A DNA stretch of 64,000 nucleotides. Source: Acidimicrobiia bacterium. Its GTDB lineage: Bacteria > Actinomycetota > Acidimicrobiia > Spongiisociales > Spongiisociaceae. Where the stretch lies: assembly GCA_041576165.1 (NCBI GenBank), contig JBFGLM010000004.1, positions 82,865 through 146,864 on the forward strand. Direction: 5' to 3'. The position numbers and the translations under genes are program-made. The notes beneath the pieces are model-generated. The model did no database searches, was not told the origin of the DNA, and saw only the letters and a program-made list of their open reading frames with translations. This document shows positions 36,094 through 45,964 of the stretch, piece after piece. How positions within the stretch are numbered: position 1 is the stretch's first letter; the number at the start of each line of letters is the position of its first letter.

Positions 36094-37173
36094 GTGTCGA
36101 GCCAAACCGCACAGGCCATGGTGCTCATCGAGCCCAGACGGCTGACCGCCACGTCGTTGCCGATGGTGGACGTCGAACACGGGGGCTGGTTGGCTGTGGA
36201 GTCCACCGGCATCTCCGGCGTGGACATCCAAGCCTGGTCGGGTACGGGGAGATCGACGCCGTACCCGCTGATCCCGGGGCATGAGCTGGTCGGTCGGATC
36301 GCCCGCTGGGCCAACGGATCGCCACCACTCCCGGTCGGCACCCGGGTCGTGCTCGAGAGCAGCATCCGCTGTGGAGCGTGCCGACGATGCCTCAACGGGC
36401 TGTCCAGCTGTACATTCCGGCGTCCCGTCAACGCCTACGGGCGGATCTCTTCGACTCACCGGCCGGCGCTGTGGGGCGGCCTGGCTGAGTACGTCTACAT
36501 CGATCCCGGCTCTCGCATTCACGCAGTGACCGACAACGTCGAAGCGGCCGTCGCCACCTTCGCTCACCCGCTCGCGGCCGGATTCACCTGGGCGGTGGAA
36601 TTACCCGGTTTGTCCCAGGGCGAAACCGTCATGATTCTCGGGCCTGGTCCCCGCGGTCTAGCCGCGCTGATCGCGGCGAAGGCGTCCGGGGCCGCCTGGG
36701 TGGGCGTTTCAGGGTTGAGCCACGATCATGAGCGGCTGGCCGCGGCCGAACGCTTGGGCGCCGACCTAGTGGTAGATGCCGCGACCGAGGACGTTGGGGC
36801 GGCGGTGGCGAACAGCCTCGGTGCCCGGCCCGATATCGTCGTCGACGTCACCCGAGACGATCCCGAGGCGATCCATATGGCACTCGATCTGGTCCGCGGA
36901 GGCGGGCGGATCACGATCGCTTCCACCAAGGGCGTGAACGCCGTGAATCAGCTGTTCTCCGACGTGATCGTGCTCAAGGAGTTGGTGATTCGAGGTGCCT
37001 TTGGTGCCAGCTCGGCCGGTTACCACTGGGCAACCCGCCAGCTGGGCGTCGATCCCCGCATCGATCAGATGGTCTCGCACGAGTTTCCGCTATCCGAGGC
37101 GTCCCGCGCGATCCAGGCCGCCGCCGGTCTGTTGGGGACCGACGAGCTCATGTCGGTGGCTGTCACGGTCTGA
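36094..37173 (+). CDS. Zn-binding (MDR) dehydrogenase-like protein
   Basis: PGHELVG, structural CGACRRC...C, GPGPRG; catalytic Cys position reads Ser (GISGVD). Confidence 0.85.
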   Translation: MSSQTAQAMVLIEPRRLTATSLPMVDVEHGGWLAVESTGISGVDIQAWSGTGRSTPYPLIPGHELVGRIARWANGSPPLPVGTRVVLESSIRCGACRRCLNGLSSCTFRRPVNAYGRISSTHRPALWGGLAEYVYIDPGSRIHAVTDNVEAAVATFAHPLAAGFTWAVELPGLSQGETVMILGPGPRGLAALIAAKASGAAWVGVSGLSHDHERLAAAERLGADLVVDAATEDVGAAVANSLGARPDIVVDVTRDDPEAIHMALDLVRGGGRITIASTKGVNAVNQLFSDVIVLKELVIRGAFGASSAGYHWATRQLGVDPRIDQMVSHEFPLSEASRAIQAAAGLLGTDELMSVAVTV

Positions 37174-37221
37174 CCCCGTCCGCATCGCAGCACAGCCCGA
37201 CCGATCCAATAAGCTCCTGCT

Positions 37222-38142
37222 GTGCGTTCTCTCCTTCTCCTCGCCAATCCGGCCGCCTCCGGCTTCACCGGTGGACTCCATCGTGACGTGGTTGCGATGC
37301 TGCGGAGGACCTACGAAGTCGACGCCTCGTGGCCGAAGTCGCCCGAAGCCGCCAGGGGCCAGGCCGCGGAGGCGGTCGTGGCCGGGGTGGACATGGTCGT
37401 GGCGTTCGGAGGCGACGGCGTCGTTCACCACGTCGCCAACGGTCTACTCGGTTCACCGACGGCCCTGGGCGTGATCCCGGCCGGCACCACGAACGTGATG
37501 GCCCGGATCCTGCGGCTTCCGTACAAGCCGATGGCTGCCGCGCGTTTTCTGGCGTCAGACCCACCCAGGAAACACGTTCCGGTGGCGCAACTCCAGACGT
37601 CGGCACCGGTGGGAGCCAGCGACAAACGAGCCGCGTTGTTTGCAGCTGGGGCCGGGCTCGACGCCGAAGTTGTGGCGATCGCCGAGCAGGAGCCATATCG
37701 CAAATACAGCTTCGGTTCGGTCCACTACGCGAGAACTGCTCTCGGCGTCCTTTGGAACAGATTCCGGGAGCGGCCCGCCAACATGCGAATCGTGACCCCG
37801 GGGCGGTCCGCGGACGCCGTGGCCGCATTCGTCCAGATCCACCGCATGTATTCGTATTTCGGCCGGGTGCCGTTGCAGCTTGCCGGGCACCAACCCGGCA
37901 CGCTCACGACTCTCGTGGTGCACGAAATGCCGCCCCATCGAGCCCTGCCCGTCCTGGCTCGGGCTCTGACCACCGGCCAGGTGGGGAAGGTAAAAGGCTG
38001 CGAACTGTGGACCGGCGTCGAGCATCTGTCGATCACGGCCGATCCCCCGGCGGCACTGCAAACGGACGGGGAGCTGCTCGGGGAGGTCGCGGAGACGCGC
38101 ATCCACGTCGAGCCCAACGCGCTGCTGGTAGCAGCTCCCTGA
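37222..38142 (+). CDS. Diacylglycerol/lipid kinase family protein
   Basis: NPAAS, FGGDGVVHHVANG, GVIPAGTTNVMAR, GAGLDA, QTDGE. Confidence 0.88.
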   Translation: MRSLLLLANPAASGFTGGLHRDVVAMLRRTYEVDASWPKSPEAARGQAAEAVVAGVDMVVAFGGDGVVHHVANGLLGSPTALGVIPAGTTNVMARILRLPYKPMAAARFLASDPPRKHVPVAQLQTSAPVGASDKRAALFAAGAGLDAEVVAIAEQEPYRKYSFGSVHYARTALGVLWNRFRERPANMRIVTPGRSADAVAAFVQIHRMYSYFGRVPLQLAGHQPGTLTTLVVHEMPPHRALPVLARALTTGQVGKVKGCELWTGVEHLSITADPPAALQTDGELLGEVAETRIHVEPNALLVAAP

Positions 38143-39000
38143 TCAGGCCGGGGCGCCTCCCGCCTGGTGGACGTGCACCTCGACCTGGGGGAACGCGATG
38201 GAGATTCCTTCTCTGTCGAACCGCAGCTTGATCCGTCGGAAGGCCTCGCGTTTGACCAGCCAGCGCTGATCCGGCAACGACTTCACGACGCCGCGCAGCA
38301 CGACGGAGGAGTCACCCAGGGCATCGACTCCCAGGATCTGCGGCGGCTCGAGGATGATGTCCGCCCAATCGGCATCCGTCGCAAGCGCCTCCAGCTCGTC
38401 GGCCATCACGGCCAAGGCCGCATCGACATCGCTGCCGTAGGTGACACCAACGTCGAGCACCAGCTGGGCGAAATCCTGGGTCCGATTGGTGGAGACTTGG
38501 ATCTGGCCGTTGGGAACGTAGTGCACGTAGCCGTGGAGATCGCGCAGGACCGTGACCCGCAATTGGATGTCCTCGACCGTGCCCGAGACGCCACCAACGT
38601 CGATAACGTCGCCGATCCCGTACTGGTCTTCAACGATGATGAAGAACCCGGCGATGACGTCCTGAACCAGCCCCTGTGCCCCGAAGCCGACGGCCACCCC
38701 CACGATGGACCCGACGGCCAGCAGACCTGAGACCGGCACGTCCCAGATCGACAGCACAGTGACCGCAACGATCAGGACCAGCAGCACGGTGCCAACCCGG
38801 CGCACCATGGTCCAGACTGTGTTGGCGCGCTGTTCCCGCTCTACTTCGTGCTTGTCGGACGTTCGGGCCGACAAGGCACCCACCCAGCGGCCCCCGAAGC
38901 GCCGGAACGTCCACCACACGACCAGCGCCAGCAACACAACCACGAGCGATCGGGTGAGCTGGCTGCCGGCGGCATCCATGAGGTCCCGGACGATTTCCAT
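38143..39000 (-). CDS. Small-conductance mechanosensitive channel (MscS family)
   Basis: GVAVGFGAQGLVQDVIAG, GTVEDIQLRVT, YVPNG, IAFPQ. Confidence 0.92.
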   Translation of the reverse strand: MEIVRDLMDAAGSQLTRSLVVVLLALVVWWTFRRFGGRWVGALSARTSDKHEVEREQRANTVWTMVRRVGTVLLVLIVAVTVLSIWDVPVSGLLAVGSIVGVAVGFGAQGLVQDVIAGFFIIVEDQYGIGDVIDVGGVSGTVEDIQLRVTVLRDLHGYVHYVPNGQIQVSTNRTQDFAQLVLDVGVTYGSDVDAALAVMADELEALATDADWADIILEPPQILGVDALGDSSVVLRGVVKSLPDQRWLVKREAFRRIKLRFDREGISIAFPQVEVHVHQAGGAPA

Positions 39001-39040
39001 CTAGCCAGAGTACGGCCGGGGACTGGCGTGCTCGCGGATT

Positions 39041-40642
39041 TCAGGCTGTGACGAACTCGGCCGCCTCGAGTTTCACCGTCGCCAGCGCCGCGGCCAGCTC
39101 GCCGCGCGCTCGCAGATATGTTTCGAGGGCGTTACCGAGCCGGCGTTGAATGGCCCGGTCCAGCTCCACGGCTACGGCCTCCTGATAGGCCGCCGCTGCC
39201 CTTCGACCCGCCGCCCGGCCGGACGCTCGCAGCACTCCAGACAGCACCAGAGACAGAATGATCGCGAATGCGGCCGTCAGAATGGCGATCGGCCAGGAGC
39301 CTCGCTCGAGACCGCCCTGCCCGAAGGCCGCTGCGAGTAAGGCCAGGACCACGGTCGTAGTGAGCGCGATCTGCACGTATCCGGCCCCCTTCCACCAGCG
39401 TTGCGGTTCGGGTTGGGGTGGGGGTCCAGCCGCGGCCTGCCCGGCCACGACTGCATCGCGCAGTGCGTCGTCCAGGATCTCGGGGGCGTACTGCTCCCGC
39501 AGCGCCGCGCCCATGCGCCCTCCGATATCCACGGACATGTCGGTCACCAGGTCGGTCACAGGGCGGACCGCCTCCAACCAGCCCCCTCCCGCAACGAGGT
39601 CGCCCGGCGTTGGCAGGATGACGATATCCGAGCCGACCCCCAACGCCCGGGCCACCGAGCCGCCGCGGAGCCTGGTGAGAAGCCGGGAGAGCGGACTCGC
39701 TCCCAAGGCGAGCGCATCGGTCTCTCCGACCCGGCCCATGCCCCGCCATACGACACCGTCCACCACCCGTTCCGACAGGGCCCGGGCCGATCCCTCCCGG
39801 GCTCGCGTCCAGCGGCTGCGGAAGTCGATCGATCCGGCCGATGCCACGCCCGTCACTTGCTCCAGCGCCGAAGCGGCGGCGGAGACGTCCGTCACCAGCT
39901 TGCGAAGGGCCGTTTGTTTGCGTTCGAGACGGTCGTGCAACGCATCCTCGAGCTCCTTGATCCCAGTCGGCTCACCCCAGTCCGGGGCTGCCGCGGTGAC
40001 AAGCATCTCAGGGTCGTGAATCCCGTCCGCCACGAGCGATTTCCACAGATCGTTGATCACCGCCTCGCGATCTGCCGGAGTGAGACGGTCGGCGTGGTTG
40101 AGCACGTAGAGGAACTGCGACTGGTACTGCTGAAGCCTCCGCAGGAACCCAAGATGGATTGAACGGTCGTTGTACTTGAGCGGATCGAAAACCCAGACGA
40201 CGGCGTCGATGCGTGGGATGAGCCGTAGAACCTCTCTCAGGTTGGCTTCGTCGTAGCTGTCCATGTCCGGCAAGTCGATCACAGCGAGATGCTCGAAACG
40301 GGTGTGGCCGGCGCGATCATGGATTTCGAGCTCATCCAGCAGCCGGATCAGCCCCGGCTCGGGGTTGGCGGGGATCCAGGCGAGGGCGCGCTGGGTGGTG
40401 GGCCGGACGACCCCGGTCTGGGCTACCTCCTCTCCGGCTAGGGCGTTGAGGATGCTTGATTTGCCGGAACCCGTCCCGCCTGCGAGTGCCACGACCACAG
40501 TCTCGCCCAGGAACCCCACCCGCCGCCGGGCGTTGCGACCGATCTCGGCGATGGGTTCCAGTTCGTCGGTACCGAACAGCTCGGCGGCCGATGCCAACGC
40601 GAGATCGAGCGAATCCAGCAGGGCATGGATGTCACTCCGCAT
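39041..40642 (-). CDS. Bacterial dynamin-like GTPase with C-terminal TM pair
   Basis: GGTGSGKSS, RPTT, DLPDMDS, DPLKYND, LNHAD; two TM helices near the C-terminus. Confidence 0.82.
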   Translation of the reverse strand: MRSDIHALLDSLDLALASAAELFGTDELEPIAEIGRNARRRVGFLGETVVVALAGGTGSGKSSILNALAGEEVAQTGVVRPTTQRALAWIPANPEPGLIRLLDELEIHDRAGHTRFEHLAVIDLPDMDSYDEANLREVLRLIPRIDAVVWVFDPLKYNDRSIHLGFLRRLQQYQSQFLYVLNHADRLTPADREAVINDLWKSLVADGIHDPEMLVTAAAPDWGEPTGIKELEDALHDRLERKQTALRKLVTDVSAAASALEQVTGVASAGSIDFRSRWTRAREGSARALSERVVDGVVWRGMGRVGETDALALGASPLSRLLTRLRGGSVARALGVGSDIVILPTPGDLVAGGGWLEAVRPVTDLVTDMSVDIGGRMGAALREQYAPEILDDALRDAVVAGQAAAGPPPQPEPQRWWKGAGYVQIALTTTVVLALLAAAFGQGGLERGSWPIAILTAAFAIILSLVLSGVLRASGRAAGRRAAAAYQEAVAVELDRAIQRRLGNALETYLRARGELAAALATVKLEAAEFVTA

Positions 40643-42338
40643 AGAAGGCCTCTCCCTGCGTGATCACGCGGTGCCCGGCCGCTGCGACTCGCTCCTCCTG
40701 CCCTTCGGCGGGGAACAAACCGGCTAGTACAGCGTCGAACCTCGCACGATCCTGCGCCAGAACGCCGGACATGGCCGCCGCCAGCGCTTGCTTGGCGTCG
40801 GAGATCAGGGAGCGAGCGGCCGCGGAGCCAAAAAGGTGCTCGAGGATCTTCTGCTGAACGGCTGCCGCCCCTGCCGCAACCCCGATCTCGGTGCCGGTGA
40901 CACCGCCGGTGTGGACGAAAACCGTGACGGTGGCCGCGACGGCTACGGCATTGACCCCGGCGGACGCGATCTGCGCCAGCCGGCGCTTGTCGCCGCCCTG
41001 GCGCTCGACGAGCCGGGCCACGTCTGCCATCCAGTCGTCGACCGCTGCGGCGGCGCGGTCCGGAGTTGCCGGGTCCTCGTGCCAGAGGCTGTACCCGGCT
41101 CCTGCCAGCAGTCCGGAACCCACCGGTTCGAGCTCCCATGCCGCCGCAGTCGCAGCAGCCGCCCTGCCCGCCCGTCGACTCACGATGGTCTCGAGCTCGC
41201 CGCGCACCTCACCTTCGATCCGCTCGACCGGAGCGCCCATGCCGAGCAAGCGGCCGAGCCAGTCGCGTACGCGTGAGGCGCCCTCGACCAACCCCTTCAT
41301 CAACTCGCCGGTCCCCAGAAACTCCTGCCACCGTTCCACCACGTGGGCCCGAATCAAGCTACCCCGTTCAATGTCTTGGGCGATCTCGTCCACCTGACGT
41401 TCATAGGAGAGACGCGCGACATCGCTCAGCGCATCCAGTTGACCACGCTCGGCCCGTACCTCCTCGATCAGACCGTCCAGCCGCACCATGATGTCGGTGA
41501 TTGCCGCTCGAGTCGTCGCGACCAGCAGTCGCCGCCGTTCCTCGGGATCGGACAGCACCTGCAGCCGCTCGACAATCCGGGCGACGGTCTCTGGCGGTAG
41601 CCCGCCATGATCCGGGTCAACCCGTTGCTCATCGATCGTGACGAAGAGGTTCACGGGGATCGAACGCTCCCGCAGCCGGCTGCGGTAATCGTCTGCTGCT
41701 GCCGATCCGCCCGGGGGCATCCGGTTCATCACGTGAATCACCGGAATGCCGCGGTGTTGTGCCTTTTCGAGAAACCCCCACGGCACCGCGTCGGCATATC
41801 GTTGCGCGCTGGTGACGAAGATGCACACGTCCGCTATCGCCAGCAACTCTTCGGCGATTTGCTGGTTGGTGAGCTCGACCGAATCGAAGTCGGGGGCGTC
41901 CAACACGCAGATCGCTTCGAGGAGCGGGTCGAGCCCGGCCACGATCTTCATCGGCCGCTCCGCATCGGAGGCGGTTCCGTAGCCGGTGAGAAAATCGAAC
42001 GCGAATTCGGCTTCGTGTTTCTGGTGGCACCACAGCACCGGCAGCCGGGTCGTTGGACGGAGCGCCCCGGGCTCGGTGACCCGGTAACCGGCAATGGAGT
42101 TGACGATCGTGGATTTGCCGCTCCCGGTGGAGCCCACGACCACCACCCTTGCCGGTCCTTCGATGTCGGCGAGCCGCGGCAAGAGGTACTCGTGTATCGA
42201 CCACGCGATGCCGTCGCGTAGCCGGCTGCGCCGGTCCTGGTTCGGTCCGGGCACCGCGAACTGCACCGACTCGACTTCCTGCGCCAGGGCGTCGAGTGCG
42301 GCTCGTAGGTCTGCGGCCTCGGATACGGGAGGGGACAT
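40632..42338 (-). CDS. Bacterial dynamin-like GTPase
   Basis: GSTGSGKSTIVNS, RPTT, DAPDFDS, VTSAQRYADAVPW, VMNR; helical stalk and hydrophobic paddle. Confidence 0.85.
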   Translation of the reverse strand: MSPPVSEAADLRAALDALAQEVESVQFAVPGPNQDRRSRLRDGIAWSIHEYLLPRLADIEGPARVVVVGSTGSGKSTIVNSIAGYRVTEPGALRPTTRLPVLWCHQKHEAEFAFDFLTGYGTASDAERPMKIVAGLDPLLEAICVLDAPDFDSVELTNQQIAEELLAIADVCIFVTSAQRYADAVPWGFLEKAQHRGIPVIHVMNRMPPGGSAAADDYRSRLRERSIPVNLFVTIDEQRVDPDHGGLPPETVARIVERLQVLSDPEERRRLLVATTRAAITDIMVRLDGLIEEVRAERGQLDALSDVARLSYERQVDEIAQDIERGSLIRAHVVERWQEFLGTGELMKGLVEGASRVRDWLGRLLGMGAPVERIEGEVRGELETIVSRRAGRAAAATAAAWELEPVGSGLLAGAGYSLWHEDPATPDRAAAAVDDWMADVARLVERQGGDKRRLAQIASAGVNAVAVAATVTVFVHTGGVTGTEIGVAAGAAAVQQKILEHLFGSAAARSLISDAKQALAAAMSGVLAQDRARFDAVLAGLFPAEGQEERVAAAGHRVITQGEAFYAE

Positions 42339-42414
42339 TGCGGCAGGATTATGGCCGACCCCGCCTGCTTCCGAGTACTCCTGAGATCCTTGTGATGCCG
42401 GACGCCGGTTGGAG

Positions 42415-42433
42415 TTATCCCTGACTTATCCCT
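42415..42433 (+). promoter_or_regulatory. Direct repeat TTATCCCT x2 (11-bp period), candidate OmpR-family site
   Basis: TTATCCCT at 42415-42422 and 42426-42433. Confidence 0.5.
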
Positions 42434-42493
42434 CAGGAGAGGATCCTGCAAACCATGGTGCGAGATCGTGAGGGTCGAGAAAGGAGAATCACC

Positions 42494-43132
42494 TTGTTTC
42501 GTCGACTCGCACCAATCCTTGCCGCCAGCGTCGCTCTCACGGTGGTCGGCGGTCTGGCGTGGGCATCGGCCGGGCCGTCCGGTTCGAGCTCGAGCTCCAG
42601 CCCCGGCACCCGGCCGACCCCGGATTCGTCCGCTGTATCGAGCCTCGTCGCCGGGTCGCAGAGCAGCACGAGCACGCCTGGCACCGTGACAATCGCCACG
42701 GCTCCCGCTGCCGCAGGGAGCATCCCGGATTCGACCACGACCTCGGTCGCAGCTCCCTCGCCCAGCACTGCCAGCACGGGTGTCTCGACGTCGACACCCA
42801 CCAGCGCAGCCACCACCGCCACGACGGAACCGGCCACGACGTCGACCAGCATCGGCGGCTCTACAACGACCGCAACCCAGCCGGATCAGGACGACAGCGG
42901 CAGCCGGGCACCGAGCACGCATGTATTTGCTGTGGGAAGCGCCGGTTCCATTACGGTCACGGTCAACGTTGGGAACCTGTCGCTGGATGCGGTAAACGCC
43001 AACTCGGGATGGTCCGCCACCGTCGAAAAGGCCGAGCCAGACCGGATCCGTGTGGAGTTCGCCGACGGTGACGATGACATCGAGATCGACGTCCGGCTGA
43101 CCGGGGGCCGCCTTGACGTTGATCGGAGCTGA
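42494..43132 (+). CDS. Exported Ser/Thr-rich stalk protein with small C-terminal beta domain (paralog A)
   Basis: AAGGAG RBS then TTG (ATG 42455 is the alternative start); signal-like segment; C-terminus resembles that of 45291-45938. Confidence 0.75.
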   Translation: MFRRLAPILAASVALTVVGGLAWASAGPSGSSSSSSPGTRPTPDSSAVSSLVAGSQSSTSTPGTVTIATAPAAAGSIPDSTTTSVAAPSPSTASTGVSTSTPTSAATTATTEPATTSTSIGGSTTTATQPDQDDSGSRAPSTHVFAVGSAGSITVTVNVGNLSLDAVNANSGWSATVEKAEPDRIRVEFADGDDDIEIDVRLTGGRLDVDRS

Positions 43133-43172
43133 CCTCGCAGACAGATCAGTGGGTGAAATCTCCGAGTCGGGA

Positions 43173-44441
43173 TCACCCATCTCGCCCGAAACGCAGGGTG
43201 ACTCGGGCGCCGCCCCCCGGGCGGTGCCCGAGCTCCATCTGACCGTCGCCTTCCTCGACCGTGCGACGGGCAATATCTAGGCCGAGTCCGGTGGAGCCAC
43301 CGGTGGACATGCCCCGCTCGCTCGCCGACCTGTTTGGGAATCCCCGACCCTCGTCCTCCACGACCAGCGTCGGCGGATCAGCCAAGACGCTGATCCAGAC
43401 GGATACTCCTTCGTCAGTGTGTGCCAGCACATTGCCGATGAGTGCGTCCACCGCTGCTTCCAGATCATCGACGGCTGCGGTGACAACGACTGAGACCGCC
43501 GGCTGGTCAACCGAGATCGCACGTCCCTGATCGGTGAGGAGAGGTTCCCAGAACCGCACCCGATCGCGTACGACGGCGGTCAGGTCGGCTCGTGACCCGA
43601 TGCCGGTACGGATCGGCCGTCGAGCCTCGCGAATGAGGTGATCGACCTCTCGGCCCATCGCATCCACCGCGGTGCGGACCCGACCGGCGGCATCCGAGTC
43701 CGGAAGCTGCTCGGCTTCCAGCTGCAGCGCAGTCAGCGGCGTCCGCAGCCGGTGGGAGAGGTCGGCCACCGATTCACGCTCCGATCGGAGCAGATGATCG
43801 AGCCGATCGCCGATCCGATTGAATACACGGCCGACCGTCTGCAACTCGCTGGGACCCTCGAGATCAACCCGTTGTGAGAGGTCGCCGTCTCCGAAACGGG
43901 TCGCCGCCGCCGCGAGCTTTTCGACCGGGCGCACGATTGACCGGGCCAGCCGGTCGGCGATGAAGGCGGCCAGCGCCAGTAATCCCAGGCCCAGGCCGGC
44001 CAGCGCGATCCACGCCTTTGCGACGTTGCGATCCAGCACGTTCGAGCCCACGAACGCACGAACGACGGGGCGTTCCGACGATGCCACCACCGGTACGTAC
44101 GCAGCGACCCCGTCCCCTTCGTCCACCAGCACGGCCTGTCCCCCACGGGCCCGGGCGACGGCGTCGGTATCGCCCGGCGGACCGCCGATCGTGATCCCGG
44201 ACTGGAAAACAACCGACCGGGTGACTTGTGGATCTCCCACAGCTACCAAGGACGAGACAACTGCGCGGTCCAGGTCCGTCACGAGCGTCACCGACCTCGC
44301 CAACGCCTCGGCCTCTTGCAGCACGAGAGTCACGCCGCGGTCCTGAGCGAAATCGTCGATGAGCCGTGCCAAGGGGATCAAGAAGGCGAGAACGATCATC
44401 AGCGTGACCGCCAGCACAACGACGATGAATTGCGTTCTCAC
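43173..44441 (-). CDS. Sensor histidine kinase (2 TM + HAMP)
   Basis: ADLSHRLRTPL H-box, LIGNVLAH, VEDEGRG, STGLGLDI, GGGA. Confidence 0.93.
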   Translation of the reverse strand: MRTQFIVVVLAVTLMIVLAFLIPLARLIDDFAQDRGVTLVLQEAEALARSVTLVTDLDRAVVSSLVAVGDPQVTRSVVFQSGITIGGPPGDTDAVARARGGQAVLVDEGDGVAAYVPVVASSERPVVRAFVGSNVLDRNVAKAWIALAGLGLGLLALAAFIADRLARSIVRPVEKLAAAATRFGDGDLSQRVDLEGPSELQTVGRVFNRIGDRLDHLLRSERESVADLSHRLRTPLTALQLEAEQLPDSDAAGRVRTAVDAMGREVDHLIREARRPIRTGIGSRADLTAVVRDRVRFWEPLLTDQGRAISVDQPAVSVVVTAAVDDLEAAVDALIGNVLAHTDEGVSVWISVLADPPTLVVEDEGRGFPNRSASERGMSTGGSTGLGLDIARRTVEEGDGQMELGHRPGGGARVTLRFGRDG

Positions 44442-44479
44442 TCAGCCGCTCTGCGTCTGCGCGCAAAGGTGATGGTGCC

Positions 44480-45175
44480 TCACTCCGATTCTCCGGCCGC
44501 CGGATCTACGAGTTTGACGCCGACCCCCCGCACGGTTCGCAGATAGCGGGGCTCTGCAGCGCTCTCTCCGAGCTTGCGGCGCAGCCACGAAAGGTGCACG
44601 TCGACCGTCTTGTCTGCTCCCCCGTACGGCTGGCGCCATATTTCGGCCAGGAGGTCCCGTTTGGAAACGACAGTTCCGGCACGTTCGGCCAGGTAAGCCA
44701 TGAGATCGAACTCTTTCCGGGTCAGTGAGAGCTCTTTTCCATCCAGCCTCGCCTCCCGGGCGTCGAGGTCGATCTCGAGCGCCCCGACCGAGAGGGCCGG
44801 GGCCGTCTCGCCCAGTGCGCCTCTCCGCAATACGGCTCTGACGCGTGCGTCCAGCTGCGCGGCGGAGAACGGCTTTACGACATAATCATCTGCCCCTGCG
44901 TCTAACACGGCCACGATGGCGGATTCTTCGTCGCGGGCCGTGACCACTATGACGGGAACCGAGCTCACCGCACGAATCATCCGCAGGATCTCGGTCCCGT
45001 CCACGTCGGGCAGACCGAGGTCGAGAACCACCGCGTCCGGCGAGGAGACGATAACCGCATTCAGTCCATCCATACCGGTCGGCTCGCTCATGACGTGGTG
45101 GCCGCGCTCGGCGAGGCCGCGAGCCACCGCTGCCCGCACTGCTACGTCGTCCTCAATGATCAGAACTGCCGGCAT
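44480..45175 (-). CDS. OmpR-family response regulator
   Basis: IIEDD, VLDLGLPDVDG, GADDYVVKPF, LTRKEFDL, TVDVHLSWLRRKL, TVRGVG. Confidence 0.95.
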   Translation of the reverse strand: MPAVLIIEDDVAVRAAVARGLAERGHHVMSEPTGMDGLNAVIVSSPDAVVLDLGLPDVDGTEILRMIRAVSSVPVIVVTARDEESAIVAVLDAGADDYVVKPFSAAQLDARVRAVLRRGALGETAPALSVGALEIDLDAREARLDGKELSLTRKEFDLMAYLAERAGTVVSKRDLLAEIWRQPYGGADKTVDVHLSWLRRKLGESAAEPRYLRTVRGVGVKLVDPAAGESE

Positions 45176-45226
45176 TCCTGCGCAAGATACTGCGAGCAGC
45201 CGGCAGTTGGTCCAATCTCCGCCCCA

Positions 45227-45253
45227 CTTATCCATCCCTTAAATGTCGCTTTA
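45227..45253 (+). promoter_or_regulatory. CTTA repeats at 11-bp period, candidate OmpR-family site
   Basis: CTTATCC at 45227, CTTA at 45238, CTTTA at 45249; CTTATCC also occurs at 42425. Confidence 0.45.
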
Positions 45254-45290
45254 CTTGCACAGAAACCGCAATCTGGGACGCTCCCAACAG

Positions 45291-45938
45291 ATGCGTAGGT
45301 TCTGGCTTTTCACGGCGTGGCTCGGCGCCACCATTGCCGCGGTGGCGCTCTCTGCGGCGGCAGTCAGCTTGGTCGGCAACCAGGTCTCGGACGCGCCTAC
45401 CCCTTCCACGACGGCCACCAGCCAGCTGGCAACGGAGACGAGCCCGACCGACCCGCCCGCTACCACAGATACGCCCGCCGGAATCTCGGCTGCCACGACT
45501 ACCGCCGGCCGCGGGACAGTCGCCAGCCCCGCGACCTCGACGGCAACCACCGTCAGGGTGACGACCACGTCTGGCACCGTGCCTGCCGCAACCACCGCAA
45601 CGACATCGGCCGGCACCACCTCCACCGGCGCGACGACCACCTCCCAGCCGGCCATGACGACGACCGGAGCTACGACTGCGACTACCAGCACCAGCGCACC
45701 GGTTGCCTCCGGCCCGTTCACCTACCAGGTGTCGGGGGGGACCGCGACCGTATCGTGCAACGGCGATGCCGTCACCCTCAACGGGGCCTCGCCTGCGGCC
45801 GGCTACGGCCTGAGCGTCGAGGCCTCAGGACCGGGAGAGGTCCGGGTCCGGTTTGAGAACGCCTCCCAAGACCTCCGATCCGAGATCCGGGTGCGATGCA
45901 GCGGCGGCGTACCTGATCCCGACCTGCGTGAGGACTGA
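45291..45938 (+). CDS. Exported Thr-rich stalk protein with small C-terminal beta domain (paralog B)
   Basis: N-terminal hydrophobic anchor, long Thr tract, GGTATVSC...SPAAGY..VRVRF..EIRVRCSGG. Confidence 0.78.
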   Translation: MRRFWLFTAWLGATIAAVALSAAAVSLVGNQVSDAPTPSTTATSQLATETSPTDPPATTDTPAGISAATTTAGRGTVASPATSTATTVRVTTTSGTVPAATTATTSAGTTSTGATTTSQPAMTTTGATTATTSTSAPVASGPFTYQVSGGTATVSCNGDAVTLNGASPAAGYGLSVEASGPGEVRVRFENASQDLRSEIRVRCSGGVPDPDLRED

Positions 45939-45964
45939 GCGAACGGCAGCCTACGGCCCCCGGA

